Below are positions 41,687 through 51,063 of a stretch of 64,000 bases of DNA, in pieces. The notes beneath the pieces are model-generated. The model made no database searches and had not been told where the DNA came from. It saw nothing but the letters and a program-made list of their open reading frames with translations. Source of the DNA: Myxococcota bacterium (GTDB lineage: Bacteria > Myxococcota_A > Polyangia > Nannocystales > Nannocystaceae). Position 1 is the stretch's first letter, and every line of letters starts with the position of its first letter. Location: contig JBCCHT010000001.1 of the NCBI GenBank assembly GCA_039028615.1, positions 608,001 to 672,000 of the forward strand, read 5' to 3'. Both the position numbers and the translations under genes were made by a program.

Positions 41687-42274
41687 GTGACTGACTCCCG
41701 CCCCAGCCCTCACCAGGACGATCTGGCCCTGGCGGCGGCCGCAGGAAGCGGTGACTCGGCTGCGGCCGAACGCTTCGTACGGCGGGCGATTCCCATCGTG
41801 CGACGAGTCTCACGTGCAATCATTGCCGACCGCACCGAGTCCGAGGATGCCCTACAGCTCGCGCTCATCGAGGTGCTCAGCGCCGCGCGAACGTACCGAG
41901 GCACCGGAGCCTTCGACCACTGGGTTCGCAAGGTCGCGAGTCGGGCCGTGATTCGACACGCTCGCAAGACTCGAAGCTCTCGCATTCACAGTATCGAGGA
42001 ACAAGCGGACACCCGGCACACCTCCATGTCGACCACGATGTTGGAGTCCCTGCCGCGCTCGCTCGAGCACTACCTCGATGAACTTCCCGAAAACCAGCGC
42101 GTGGCCATGCTGCTTCGCCACGCGTTGGGACACACCATCGCAGAGATCGCCGAGCTTACCGACGCACCGGTCCCCACCGTCTTGTCTCGGATCAAGAAGG
42201 CACGACAAGAACTGCGCCGATTGATCCAGCGAGACGTCAACCTGGGCGTCAAACCAGTGGCGAGGACGTCATGA
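41687..42274 (+). CDS. ECF RNA polymerase sigma factor
   Basis: D..LA.AA..GD..A, EDALQ, FDHWV (region 2); LPENQR..LLRH..GHTIAEIA...TV.SRI.KAR (region 4); GGGAG RBS before GTG 41687. Confidence 0.92.
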   Translation: MTDSRPSPHQDDLALAAAAGSGDSAAAERFVRRAIPIVRRVSRAIIADRTESEDALQLALIEVLSAARTYRGTGAFDHWVRKVASRAVIRHARKTRSSRIHSIEEQADTRHTSMSTTMLESLPRSLEHYLDELPENQRVAMLLRHALGHTIAEIAELTDAPVPTVLSRIKKARQELRRLIQRDVNLGVKPVARTS

Positions 42275-43608
42275 ACAACAATGCCGCAGACTTCGACGAA
42301 GCACGCTGGCGCCGCCTCAGTGACGCCGAAGCGTCTGAGGAACAACTGTCGGATACCGACCGCGACTTCCTTTACAACTTCAGCCCGCGCTCCGACGCGG
42401 CCAAGGCCGAAGCACAATTCTTCGCCGCCCTCGCGTCGCTCGGCGACAGCCAACCGGGGGAGGCTCAACCGGGGGATGAAGAACCAGCCAACTCCCCTCT
42501 CGTTCACGCGACCGTTCAGCACGTGCTCGCGGCGCAGCGGAACGAGGTCGTAGCGGACATCAGCCCGCCTCCCGCCAAGACTCGGCGGAGGTGGGCCGTC
42601 CCCGGCCTAGCCGCAGCCGCAGCTGCGGTCGCGTTGTGGCTCGGCGTGAGCACCGACCAAGCCACGACCAGTGACGGCCAGGCTCCGGCCATGGCCGTCA
42701 ACGACGTAGAACCGGCGGCTCCATCGACGGCGGACCAAGCACCCGCTCCCGCCCCGACCACGACCGCCGCGGCGGTCGACGTCGCGCCGCCCCAACCGGC
42801 TGCGCCCACGCACTTCTCCGTGGAATCGGGCAGCCTGCTCGACGCCAGCGGAGCGACGCTACAAGCCAACGCCATCGTCTCCGGCTCGGTGCAGGTCGGT
42901 GAGCAGCTCGGCTGCGTCGGCTTCGGTGACTCCACCGCATGCTTCGAATCCGGCGCTCGCTTCGAGCTGAGCGACGACAGCCCGCAGACCCTCGTCGTCG
43001 TCGAGGGACGAGGCGTCATCGAGTCTCCCGAGATCACCGTCGGCGTCATGCAGGTCGAGATCGCCGGAGACCACTACACGATGTCGAGCCCGGTGAAGAT
43101 GCACGCCACGGTGCACAGCCGAAAGGCAGCCAAGGTCGAGATCGTGTCGGGGCAGGTCGAAGTCCGCGATGCGGACGGCCAGACCCGGACGCTGAAGGCC
43201 GGTGAGATCCGCGGCCGCGACAAGGTTCAAAGACCGGTCGTCGTGCCCGATGCCAAGACCCTCCTGGGTCGTGCGCAAGCCAGCAGCTCGGCTGGAGACC
43301 GCCGCGCCGCCATTTCGCACTATGAGAAGCTTCTGCGGCACTACCCCGACCTGCCGATGAGCAAGGCCGCTTTGGTACCGCTCGCCGAGAAGTACCTCGA
43401 AATTGGCAAGCCGGGACCAGCCCTGCGCCACTTCGAACGCTATATTCGCTTGGGTGGGGTTGCCGCCCAAGAGGCGCACAACGGCCGGATCAGGGCTCTG
43501 GACGCGCTGGGTCGCAAGGCCAAAAAGCAGGAAGCCATCGAGGCCTTCCTCGAGCGCTACCCGTCCAGCCCCTACGCCGCCAAGTACCGCGCTTCGCTGT
43601 CGAAGTGA
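42271..43608 (+). CDS. Membrane anti-sigma factor (TM helix, FecR-like domain, C-terminal TPR)
   Basis: ATGA overlap with the sigma gene; RRRWAV.GLAAAAAAVAL TM; V.EG and V.SG.VEV..L.AG FecR-like strands; TPRs ending FL.RYP.SPYA. Confidence 0.82.
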   Translation: MNNNAADFDEARWRRLSDAEASEEQLSDTDRDFLYNFSPRSDAAKAEAQFFAALASLGDSQPGEAQPGDEEPANSPLVHATVQHVLAAQRNEVVADISPPPAKTRRRWAVPGLAAAAAAVALWLGVSTDQATTSDGQAPAMAVNDVEPAAPSTADQAPAPAPTTTAAAVDVAPPQPAAPTHFSVESGSLLDASGATLQANAIVSGSVQVGEQLGCVGFGDSTACFESGARFELSDDSPQTLVVVEGRGVIESPEITVGVMQVEIAGDHYTMSSPVKMHATVHSRKAAKVEIVSGQVEVRDADGQTRTLKAGEIRGRDKVQRPVVVPDAKTLLGRAQASSSAGDRRAAISHYEKLLRHYPDLPMSKAALVPLAEKYLEIGKPGPALRHFERYIRLGGVAAQEAHNGRIRALDALGRKAKKQEAIEAFLERYPSSPYAAKYRASLSK

Positions 43609-43645
43609 GCCTTCGGCTCGCGTAGCGAGATGGACCGCCGGGCTG

Positions 43646-44848
43646 ATGCTCGGCGGTCTCGTTGCGAGTGGGTGTCGAGCGGAGTTCGTCATCGGCATCA
43701 TCGAAGGTGATGGCTCGGCCGGCGCGAGCACGACCACCCGTGCCAGCACCGGGCCCGACAGCAACGAAACCACGACCACCGGGTCGGAGCTCACCGGGGC
43801 CTCGACCCTGGGTACCAGCAGCAGCACGACGGACGAGGGCTCGTCGAGCATGGGCGTCGCGCCCGACATCCCCATGGTGAAGTGCGAAGCACCCACCGGG
43901 CACTCGGTCTGTGACTCCGACCTCAATCCCTTCCACGCGCTCGGCCTCGACTGCGGAGCCTCGCCCACCGACAGCATCGCGATCGAGGGCGAAGTCTTCG
44001 CCCCCGCCGATGCGAGCTCGTGGCGAGTCGTCCGCGACTACGGCGGCCCCGGCTTCACGCGCACTGAAGGCAACAACCTGCTCGCGCTGAGCACCGGGCA
44101 GCTGCCGATGCCGGTGATGAATGTCCTCACCGTGCCCCCCGAGGACACGGACATGCCCGGGACCAACAACGGCAACCCGGACAATACGCCGCTCCCTGTC
44201 CCCATCGACCCCAGCTCGGGCACCGCCGACGGCACGCCCTTCGTGGGCTGCGACGACATCGGCGATTGCTCCGAGAGCCTGCCCGAACCGTGGGATGCGG
44301 GGGGCCCCGCCAACGACCTCGTCTACATGGCCTTCGACGTCGACGTCCCCGCGGGCGTATACGCGTACCAGGTCGACCTGGCTTGGTTTTCCACCGAGTT
44401 CCCGCTGCGCTCCACCGTCACGGGCACCGACCTGGCCGTGTGGTGGCAATCGAGCGAAGCCTTCACCGGCAACATGGCGACGCTCGATGGCCAGGCGCTG
44501 TCGGCCGACGGCCTCGCGTCCTTCCTCGTCGATGAGGGCTTGCTCGGGGGTCGCGACGACGCCGAGCTGATGGGCACGGGCTACGAGGGCTCGAGCGGCC
44601 TGCCCTGCAACTCGGGCGCGGGCACCCTCGACGATTGCCCCCACGGCGGCGGCACCGGCTGGCTCACCATGACCGGTCCCGTCGTCGGCGGCGAGACGGC
44701 GACCATGGTGCTGGCCGTGTTCGATCTGTTCGACAACGCCCGCGACACGACCGTGCTCGCCGACAGCTTCCGCTGGCGCTGCGAAGGCTGTCAGCCCGGC
44801 AGCACCTGCGGCGTCGGCCCCTTCGAAGAGACCGTCTTCGGGCGCTGA
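43646..44848 (+). CDS. Lipoprotein of the ECF module (beta-sandwich, choice-of-anchor L-like)
   Basis: Lipobox ASGC; S/T tether; LALSTG, FSTEFP, GGGTGWL and D..RDT.VL.DSFRW motifs; true start may lie slightly upstream. Confidence 0.65.
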   Translation: MLGGLVASGCRAEFVIGIIEGDGSAGASTTTRASTGPDSNETTTTGSELTGASTLGTSSSTTDEGSSSMGVAPDIPMVKCEAPTGHSVCDSDLNPFHALGLDCGASPTDSIAIEGEVFAPADASSWRVVRDYGGPGFTRTEGNNLLALSTGQLPMPVMNVLTVPPEDTDMPGTNNGNPDNTPLPVPIDPSSGTADGTPFVGCDDIGDCSESLPEPWDAGGPANDLVYMAFDVDVPAGVYAYQVDLAWFSTEFPLRSTVTGTDLAVWWQSSEAFTGNMATLDGQALSADGLASFLVDEGLLGGRDDAELMGTGYEGSSGLPCNSGAGTLDDCPHGGGTGWLTMTGPVVGGETATMVLAVFDLFDNARDTTVLADSFRWRCEGCQPGSTCGVGPFEETVFGR

Positions 44849-44855
44849 GCCCCGC

Positions 44856-45803
44856 CTATTGGCACGTGGGCAGCTGCGACGCCCCCGGGATCGGCGACTT
44901 GATCTGCAAGGGGATGCCCTCGTCGATCACCACGCCGCCGTGGATGTCGGTCACCCGGAACGCGAAGGGCGGAGGGCCCATGCCCGCCTCTTCGATGAAG
45001 TAGTTGAAATCGGTGCGCGGGGCGTCGACCCACGAACCGTCCGCCGCCCGGTACTCCACCGACTCGATGGGGTAGCGATGGTTGCGAATCTGCACCGCGG
45101 TCCAGAACTCGCTACTGCCCTCCTTGAAGTAGTACTCGATCGGCCCCGTGCTGCCGCAATCGACGATCTCCCAGGTGATGGGAATGATGCCCTCGATGGG
45201 GTCACCGATCGCGTCGAAGGCCGGCGGGTTGAGATCGATGTGCCCGCCGTAGCAGATGGGGTTGGTGTCGAAGGGACACTGGTCGACGATCTGAATCTCG
45301 ATGGTGGCATCGGGCCCCGTCACTCGTGCGCACGCACCACAGACGTCGGCCACCCCGTATTGCTCGGTGTTGAGCGCACCGTAGTACTGCGGCAGGCCCG
45401 GGGTCTCGTAGCTGCAGTTCACCAGCGGCGTGGCCAGCTCGTACCAGGTGGCCTGCCCCTCGTGAATCTCGGGCGTGCCGCACTGTCCCGGCTCGCCCGT
45501 GGTGTCGTCGCCATCGTCGTTGCCCGGGCCGTCGTCGTTGCCCGGCCCATCGTCATTGCCCGGCCCATCGTCGTTGCCCGGCCCGTCGTCGTTGCCCGGA
45601 TTCGAGGTCTCGTCTCCGGCCGAAGGATCGGTCGAGTCACCAGTGTCGTCCTCGTTCCCGACCGATCCTCCCAAGGGGCCCACACCGTCGGCCCCCACGT
45701 CGTCTCCACGATCGACTTCACCGCCGCAACCGGCCCCCAGCAGCCCCCCCAACAGGATGATCGTGGCTGCGGCCGAGAGTGTGGTTGTGTGACTGCTCTT
45801 CAT
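44856..45803 (-). CDS. Bacterial expansin (EXLX1-like: DPBB + CBM63), lipoprotein
   Basis: GQATWY, NCS, CGAC..VTGP, IVDQCP, HIDL...AF, KEGSS.FW.AVQ.RN and R..FNYF motifs. Confidence 0.92.
   Translation of the reverse strand: MKSSHTTTLSAAATIILLGGLLGAGCGGEVDRGDDVGADGVGPLGGSVGNEDDTGDSTDPSAGDETSNPGNDDGPGNDDGPGNDDGPGNDDGPGNDDGDDTTGEPGQCGTPEIHEGQATWYELATPLVNCSYETPGLPQYYGALNTEQYGVADVCGACARVTGPDATIEIQIVDQCPFDTNPICYGGHIDLNPPAFDAIGDPIEGIIPITWEIVDCGSTGPIEYYFKEGSSEFWTAVQIRNHRYPIESVEYRAADGSWVDAPRTDFNYFIEEAGMGPPPFAFRVTDIHGGVVIDEGIPLQIKSPIPGASQLPTCQ
45511..45600 (-). repeat. 5 x 18-bp tandem repeat encoding (PGNDDG)5 in the expansin tether
   Basis: Units CC(A/G)TCGTC(G/A)TTGCCCGGN start at 45511, 45529, 45547, 45565 and 45583. 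Confidence 0.92.
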
Positions 45804-45836
45804 CGATCGTGTTCTCCTCGTCGTAGTGCGAAGGTC

Positions 45837-46781
45837 TCAGGGGCAGCCGAGTGGCTGGCTGCCCATCGCGACGTCGTCGAACCAGATCTGGCCCAACGAA
45901 CCGCTGTAGTTCTGGCCGCCGATCTTCATCACCGAGTAGGTGGGAGACCAGCCGGCCACGCCCTGCTGCCAGTCGGTCACGTGCATGGTCATGAGTTCTT
46001 CGCCGTCGACCCACAAGCGGAACTCGTCGGGGCCGTAGAAGGCTTCCATGCAGTACCAGGTGTCGGAACCCAGGCCGAGTCCATCCGCGCCCGAGGGCGC
46101 ACCACCGGTCACGTCTCCGTTCGCGAACTGGGTGTACTCGGGCCCCGCTCCCAGAAGGTTGACGTCGATCATCATCTGACCGTTGCCGAAGTTCTGGCTC
46201 GCACCCAGGCGCATCTCGACGCCGTTGGCCGGCTGATCCGCTCCCACGATGTACGAGACGTGACCGCCCATCTCCGACATCGCGCGCTCGAAGTTGATGT
46301 ACGCGCGCACGTAGATCTGATTGTCCGCCGTGGGCAGACCCGCCACCGGGTAGACCCAGGCTCCCTGGGTATCCGTGCTCGGGAAGGTCAGCGAGTTGGC
46401 GCCCGTGTGGGCACGGCTACCGTCCACGACGGGCATGTTGTTGGGGTTGCCGGTGTAGGCCCACTGCTCGGTGAGCCCCTCCTCGAAGCCATCACAGATG
46501 ATGTCCGCCCCGTCGCACGGGTCGTCGGAGGGAGGCCCCCCCGAGCTCGAATCATCTTCTTGGGTATCGTTCGAGTCGTCGGTTGCGGGGTCGTCCCCCG
46601 TCGTCGTCTCTGCGTCGCCTTGGGTCGATGCGTCCGTTTCCGTTGCATCCCCCGAGTCGACGCCTCCATCGAGAGTCGAGAGCCCGGTGGGCGAGTTCGA
46701 AGTCTCGCTCTCACTGCGGGTCTCGCCGCCACAATGGACGAGACCCAACACCAATGTGGGTAATGTCCAGCGCCGATTCAT
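45837..46781 (-). CDS. Cip1-like (polysaccharide-lyase-like fold) lipoprotein
   Basis: ICDGFE, VD..RAH.G..SL, YVR.Y, W.CME, LWVDG, K.G.QNY and IWFDDVA....LGC motifs. Confidence 0.7.
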   Translation of the reverse strand: MNRRWTLPTLVLGLVHCGGETRSESETSNSPTGLSTLDGGVDSGDATETDASTQGDAETTTGDDPATDDSNDTQEDDSSSGGPPSDDPCDGADIICDGFEEGLTEQWAYTGNPNNMPVVDGSRAHTGANSLTFPSTDTQGAWVYPVAGLPTADNQIYVRAYINFERAMSEMGGHVSYIVGADQPANGVEMRLGASQNFGNGQMMIDVNLLGAGPEYTQFANGDVTGGAPSGADGLGLGSDTWYCMEAFYGPDEFRLWVDGEELMTMHVTDWQQGVAGWSPTYSVMKIGGQNYSGSLGQIWFDDVAMGSQPLGCP

Positions 46782-46799
46782 GATGCGTCATCGACCTTA

Positions 46800-46833
46800 G
46801 GGGAGCCCAACGCGCGGGGCTGATGAGTATTTC
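46800..46833 (-). promoter_or_regulatory. Candidate ECF promoter, copy 5 (Cip1-expansin unit)
   Basis: Minus strand GAAATAC TCATC N17 TCCCC. Confidence 0.6.
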
Positions 46834-47039
46834 TCGTAGCGATGGCGCTTTGCGGCCGCCGAGGGTCCACCCGCCGGGCCTGTTGATTCCGCACGATCTC
46901 CAAACGCAGCGCCGAGTACACCGAGGGAACTGTCAGACAAACACTCGCCGAGGATGAAAAAGCGTTGCCGGCCTAACCGAAGGTACTCATCGACCCCCGA
47001 ATTTCCCGGGAGCACGAGTTTTGAGACCCGAAATCACCA

Positions 47040-47073
47040 AAAAGGATCATCGATCTGTTGGTTTTTGTGCCTC
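47040..47073 (+). promoter_or_regulatory. Candidate ECF promoter, copy 6 (DUF1552-DUF1592 unit)
   Basis: AAAAGGA TCATC N17 GCCTC. Confidence 0.65.
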
Positions 47074-47094
47074 CATTGCAGGTGGGGGAGCTAC

Positions 47095-48456
47095 ATGCGT
47101 GCGGAGATAGCCCTTAGACGACGAACATTCCTCAAGGCCCTCGGAATCGGTATTGCCGCCCCGCTGGCCTACAAGATGGCCAGCATCGCCGACGCGGCGC
47201 CCGGCGATGGACTGACCCGGCTGTTCATCTTCTATATCCCGCACGGCTGGCCCATCGAGCACGTCGAGCCGGTGACGAACGGCGACCTCTCCGCCTCGAA
47301 CGTCCTCAGCCCGCTGCAGCCCTTCGCCGACCGAGTCACGGTGTGTCGCGGCCTGTCGATGCACGACGGCGCCACCAACCATGCCGCCCTGCAGGCAGTG
47401 GTGACCGGCTTTGCTGGCGGCGGGAGCGTCGACTCCATCGATGCCTCCATCGCCCAGGCGCTCGGCGTCACGCCGCACGCCATCGGGGCGATGCCCTATG
47501 ACCCCATCGCCGGCTTCACCCACGACGCACAGATGATCAAGCACGGCACGTGGGTGCGGCCGACCGAAGATCCCTTCGCCGCGGCGGAGGATCTCTTTGC
47601 CGGTCTGAAGGATGCGCCGCCGCCCCCGGACGCGCCGCCCCCCGTCGACGACGCCACCTTCCGTACCGAGGCGCTCGCCCTGACCGAGAGCGAGCTCGAG
47701 CAGATGCACGCCGCCGTCTCCGAGCTCAGCACCGAGCAGAGCAAGCTCATGCTGCACCTCGACGCGGTACGCCAGCTCAAGACCCAGGACGACGGCGAAC
47801 CCCCGGCCATCTTGTCGTGCGAGCAGCGGCCCACGATGCCCGCGCTCGAGGCCATGGCCGGCCTCAGCCCCACCGACCAGGCCAACTACGCCCGCATCAT
47901 GGATGCCCAGCTCCAGGTCGCGGCCTACTCCATGGTCTGCGGCTCGGCCCAGGTCATCACCATGCAGAACATGTGGGTGAACTCGAACCTCAACTTCGGG
48001 TTCGCGGGCGGCCCCGGCATCGCCAAGGGGCACCACGAGCCCATCTCGCACTCCAGCGACCAAGCGGGACGAGCCGAGTTCGCGCAGTGCCAGCGATGGT
48101 TCATCGAGCGCCTGTCCGAGGTCATGCTGACCGTGCTCGATCAACCCGACCCCGCCGACACCGACCCCGAGCGCACCGTGCTCGACAACTCGCTCATCTA
48201 CGTCTGCAGCGAGGTCTCCGACGGCTGGAACCACAACTCCGACGCCTCGCCCATCTGGCTCGACGGCATGGAGGTCCCGACCTACCTGCCCGCAGTCATC
48301 ATCGGAGGCGGCGGCGGATACCTCTCGCCGGGCCGCGTGGTCGATGTCTCGCGCCACAACCTCGACATGCTCGCGACCCTCAGCGACGCGATGGGGGTGC
48401 CGGTGACCGCCATCGGAGGCCAAGGCGTCAACGTCATCGAGGAGCTGCAAGGATGA
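47095..48456 (+). CDS. DUF1552-domain protein, Tat-exported
   Basis: RRRTFLKALG Tat signal; RLFIFY.PHG, LSPL.P, SID..IA, KL..HLD.VR.L, HHEPISH and TVLDNSL motifs. Confidence 0.85.
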   Translation: MRAEIALRRRTFLKALGIGIAAPLAYKMASIADAAPGDGLTRLFIFYIPHGWPIEHVEPVTNGDLSASNVLSPLQPFADRVTVCRGLSMHDGATNHAALQAVVTGFAGGGSVDSIDASIAQALGVTPHAIGAMPYDPIAGFTHDAQMIKHGTWVRPTEDPFAAAEDLFAGLKDAPPPPDAPPPVDDATFRTEALALTESELEQMHAAVSELSTEQSKLMLHLDAVRQLKTQDDGEPPAILSCEQRPTMPALEAMAGLSPTDQANYARIMDAQLQVAAYSMVCGSAQVITMQNMWVNSNLNFGFAGGPGIAKGHHEPISHSSDQAGRAEFAQCQRWFIERLSEVMLTVLDQPDPADTDPERTVLDNSLIYVCSEVSDGWNHNSDASPIWLDGMEVPTYLPAVIIGGGGGYLSPGRVVDVSRHNLDMLATLSDAMGVPVTAIGGQGVNVIEELQG

Positions 48457-50123
48457 AGCGGCGTACCCTCGGCCTGTACTCCACGACGGCGCTGACCCTC
48501 GCCCTCACGCTGCCCGCCTGTCGCGACGACGAAGGGGAGCAGATGGACGACGGCAGCGGTGGCATCGACACCCTGGGCGGAGGCGAAGACGGCGGAGGAG
48601 GTGCCGCCGCGCGTTGTGCCACCGATCGCATGGGTCCCCCCATGGTCCGTCGCCTCACCCGCGGAGAGCTCGAGGCCACGCTCCGCGACGTCTTCCCGGA
48701 GATCGATGGCAGCTGGTCCGGGGTCTCGCTCGGGCCCGATCCCGTCACCCACCAGGGCTTCAGCAACGACGCCGAAGCGCTCGCGGTGGGGCTGCAGACC
48801 GCGGGCGACATCCTCGACACCGCGCAGGACGTCGCCACCCTGGTCACCGCCGCCGACACCTTGGCGACCGTCTTGCCCTGCGCGGCGACGGCCCCCGACC
48901 GCGGCTGCGCTACCGAGTTCGTCGAGCAACGCGGGGCCGCGCTGTTCCGTCGACCGCTCGACGAAGAAGAGATCGCCCGCTACGTCGAGTACTACGACTC
49001 GGTCGCCGAGCGCTCCGACTTCGCCACTGGCTTGCGCTGGACCACCGTCGCGCTGATCCAGTCTCCGCTCACCGTCTACCGCTCGGAGCTCGGCTCGAAC
49101 GAGGGCGGCGTCTACCGCCTCGATCCCTACGAGATCGCCAGCGCCCTGGCCTACGACTTCTCCGGGCTCCCCCCCACCGACGACCTCATCGCACGAGCCG
49201 TCGCCGGCGAGTTCGACGACCCCGAGGCGCGCATCGAGGTCGCCCGGGAGCTGCTCGCCACCGAGGCCGGCCACGCCGTGCTCGAGCGATTCTTCCGCGA
49301 GTGGTCGGGCTACGGGCAAGTCGCCGGGGCCGTCCGCGACGATCCGGACTTCGAGGGCGTTCGCGACGCGATGGACGAGGAAACGCGGCGCTTCATCGAG
49401 GCGGTCGTCTATGAAGACGAAGCCGACGTCTACGGCCTGCTCACCGCCAACTACTCCGTCGTCAACGCCGACCTGGCCAGCTACTACGGCTACGGGGCAC
49501 CAGGCGGAGACTTCGCCCGCGTGGAGCGGCCCGCGCAGTGGGGCATCGGCTTGCTCGCTCAGGGCTCGGTGCTCGCCGCCAACGCCAACAGCGGGGCCTC
49601 CTCGCCGACCCAACGCGGCCTGCTCGTCTACGAGAAGCTGCTGTGCGAGTCGCCGCCGCCTCCCCCCGCCGACGTGCCCGCGCTGCCGGCCGATGTCGAT
49701 GGCGCCCAGACCACCCGTCAGCGCTACGAAGAAGTGCACATGGCCGACCCCGCCTGCCAGGGCTGCCACCAGTTCTTCGATCCCATCGGGTTCTCCTTCG
49801 AACACTTCGACCAAGCCGGCCGCTACCGCACGCAAGAGAACGGCTTGGAGATCGACGCCAGCGGCCTGCTCGTCGTCGATCCGGCGGCGGACCCCGTCGC
49901 CTTCGACGGTCTCTCCGAGCTGGCCACGCTCGCCGCCGAGACCCCCGCGGTCACCGACTGCGTCAGCGGCCTGATGATCGGCTACGTGTTCGGCGGGGCG
50001 GGTGGTGAGGTCTGCGTCGCCGAGTCGGCCCGCGACGCTCTCCAAGCGGGCGAGATCGGAATGCTCGAGTACGTCGCCCAGCTCGCCGGAGCACCGCACT
50101 TCACCGAGCGCGAAGCACCCTAG
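48453..50123 (+). CDS. DUF1592/DUF1588-family (PSD/PSCyt) lipoprotein with CxxCH
   Basis: RRLT..E...TLRD, FRRPL, SP...YRSE, EIAS.L.Y, SSPTQRG, PPPP and CQGCH..DPIG..FE.FD..GRYR motifs; ATGA overlap. Confidence 0.88.
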   Translation: MKRRTLGLYSTTALTLALTLPACRDDEGEQMDDGSGGIDTLGGGEDGGGGAAARCATDRMGPPMVRRLTRGELEATLRDVFPEIDGSWSGVSLGPDPVTHQGFSNDAEALAVGLQTAGDILDTAQDVATLVTAADTLATVLPCAATAPDRGCATEFVEQRGAALFRRPLDEEEIARYVEYYDSVAERSDFATGLRWTTVALIQSPLTVYRSELGSNEGGVYRLDPYEIASALAYDFSGLPPTDDLIARAVAGEFDDPEARIEVARELLATEAGHAVLERFFREWSGYGQVAGAVRDDPDFEGVRDAMDEETRRFIEAVVYEDEADVYGLLTANYSVVNADLASYYGYGAPGGDFARVERPAQWGIGLLAQGSVLAANANSGASSPTQRGLLVYEKLLCESPPPPPADVPALPADVDGAQTTRQRYEEVHMADPACQGCHQFFDPIGFSFEHFDQAGRYRTQENGLEIDASGLLVVDPAADPVAFDGLSELATLAAETPAVTDCVSGLMIGYVFGGAGGEVCVAESARDALQAGEIGMLEYVAQLAGAPHFTEREAP

Positions 50124-50145
50124 GACACAGACGCTCGACGCACAG

Positions 50146-50177
50146 GAGCCAGCGTTCCCCGACGGGAACGCTGGCTT
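50146..50177. terminator. Terminator hairpin between convergent genes
   Basis: GAGCCAGCGTTCCC-CGAC-GGGAACGCTGGCTT 14-bp stem. Confidence 0.72.
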
Positions 50178-50202
50178 CGTTGTGACTGCGTGGGCGCGGC
50201 GC

Positions 50203-50883
50203 TCAGCAGCCGTTCATGCACGAGCACGCCATGCAGTCGAACGACGAAGGACTCCCCGCCGGACCCGAGCACATCAGGCTGCACGCTTGGGGACCGCAGG
50301 TGATCGAGGTCGCCAGGCAGGCATTGATCCCCGAGCACGTGATCTCGCAGCCGCTGTCGCCGCAGGTGATCGACGAGTTGTTGCAGCTGTTGTCGCCCGT
50401 GCACGAGACCACGCAGGGCCAGCCGTCGGGGCACACCACGCCGCCGTTACACTCGTTCGAGCCGCACGCGATGGTGCAGGTGCCTCCGTCGCATCCCCCC
50501 GTGCACTCGGCCGGGCACTCGCCCATCCCCGGCGGCACGGGGTCGCACGTGGGCGGCGGCGGGCCGTCGTCCGTGCCCGGCTCACCGGTGCTGCCATCGT
50601 CTGTGCCCGGCGGCGGGCCGTCGTCCGTGCCCATGCCGCCGTCGCTCGAGTCCCCGGTGGCGCTCGATCCGGGCGTTGTGGAGTTGGTGGTGGCCGGCGG
50701 CTCGGACGTATCGAGGTCGTCGGCACCATCGCCGGTCGAAGTGCTGGACTCGCTCGGCGAGGCGACCCCCGTCGTTTCGGTGTCGGGGTCTCCAAAGAAA
50801 CCCGCATCGGTGGTGCTTCCCCCGCCCCCACCGCAACCGAGCAACACGCTCCCCACTACGCCAAGCCAAATCAACCGTTGCAC
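50203..50883 (-). CDS. Cys-rich lipoprotein, hypothetical
   Basis: Lipobox LLGC; S/T/G tether; repeated CxxxCxGxNxC...IxC units. Confidence 0.7.
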   Translation of the reverse strand: MQRLIWLGVVGSVLLGCGGGGGSTTDAGFFGDPDTETTGVASPSESSTSTGDGADDLDTSEPPATTNSTTPGSSATGDSSDGGMGTDDGPPPGTDDGSTGEPGTDDGPPPPTCDPVPPGMGECPAECTGGCDGGTCTIACGSNECNGGVVCPDGWPCVVSCTGDNSCNNSSITCGDSGCEITCSGINACLATSITCGPQACSLMCSGPAGSPSSFDCMACSCMNGC

Positions 50884-50936
50884 GCTCCGTTCCTTCCCGG
50901 CGCCGACACTCCACTGCGGCTCCGAAACGGTCTTTC

Positions 50937-50952
50937 TGCAAGGAATAGACCA
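50937..50952 (-). promoter_or_regulatory. Sigma-54 promoter candidate
   Basis: Minus strand TGGTCTATTCCTTGCA has GG and TTGCA at exact spacing. Confidence 0.45.
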
Positions 50953-51063
50953 CGCGCCGAGGTCACGAGAAGGCAACAAAAAGCGGCGAGCGGAGCCATC
51001 GATTCCGGCAGGGCGGAACCCGGCGTTCCCTCGGGGTCGTGAATCGATCAGGCTCGCTTCGGC

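Noticed and set aside
47550..48452. 301-codon N-terminal extension of the DUF1592 ORF
   Set aside because: It overlaps DUF1552 out of frame; ATG 48453 has an RBS, an ATGA overlap and a lipoprotein signal.
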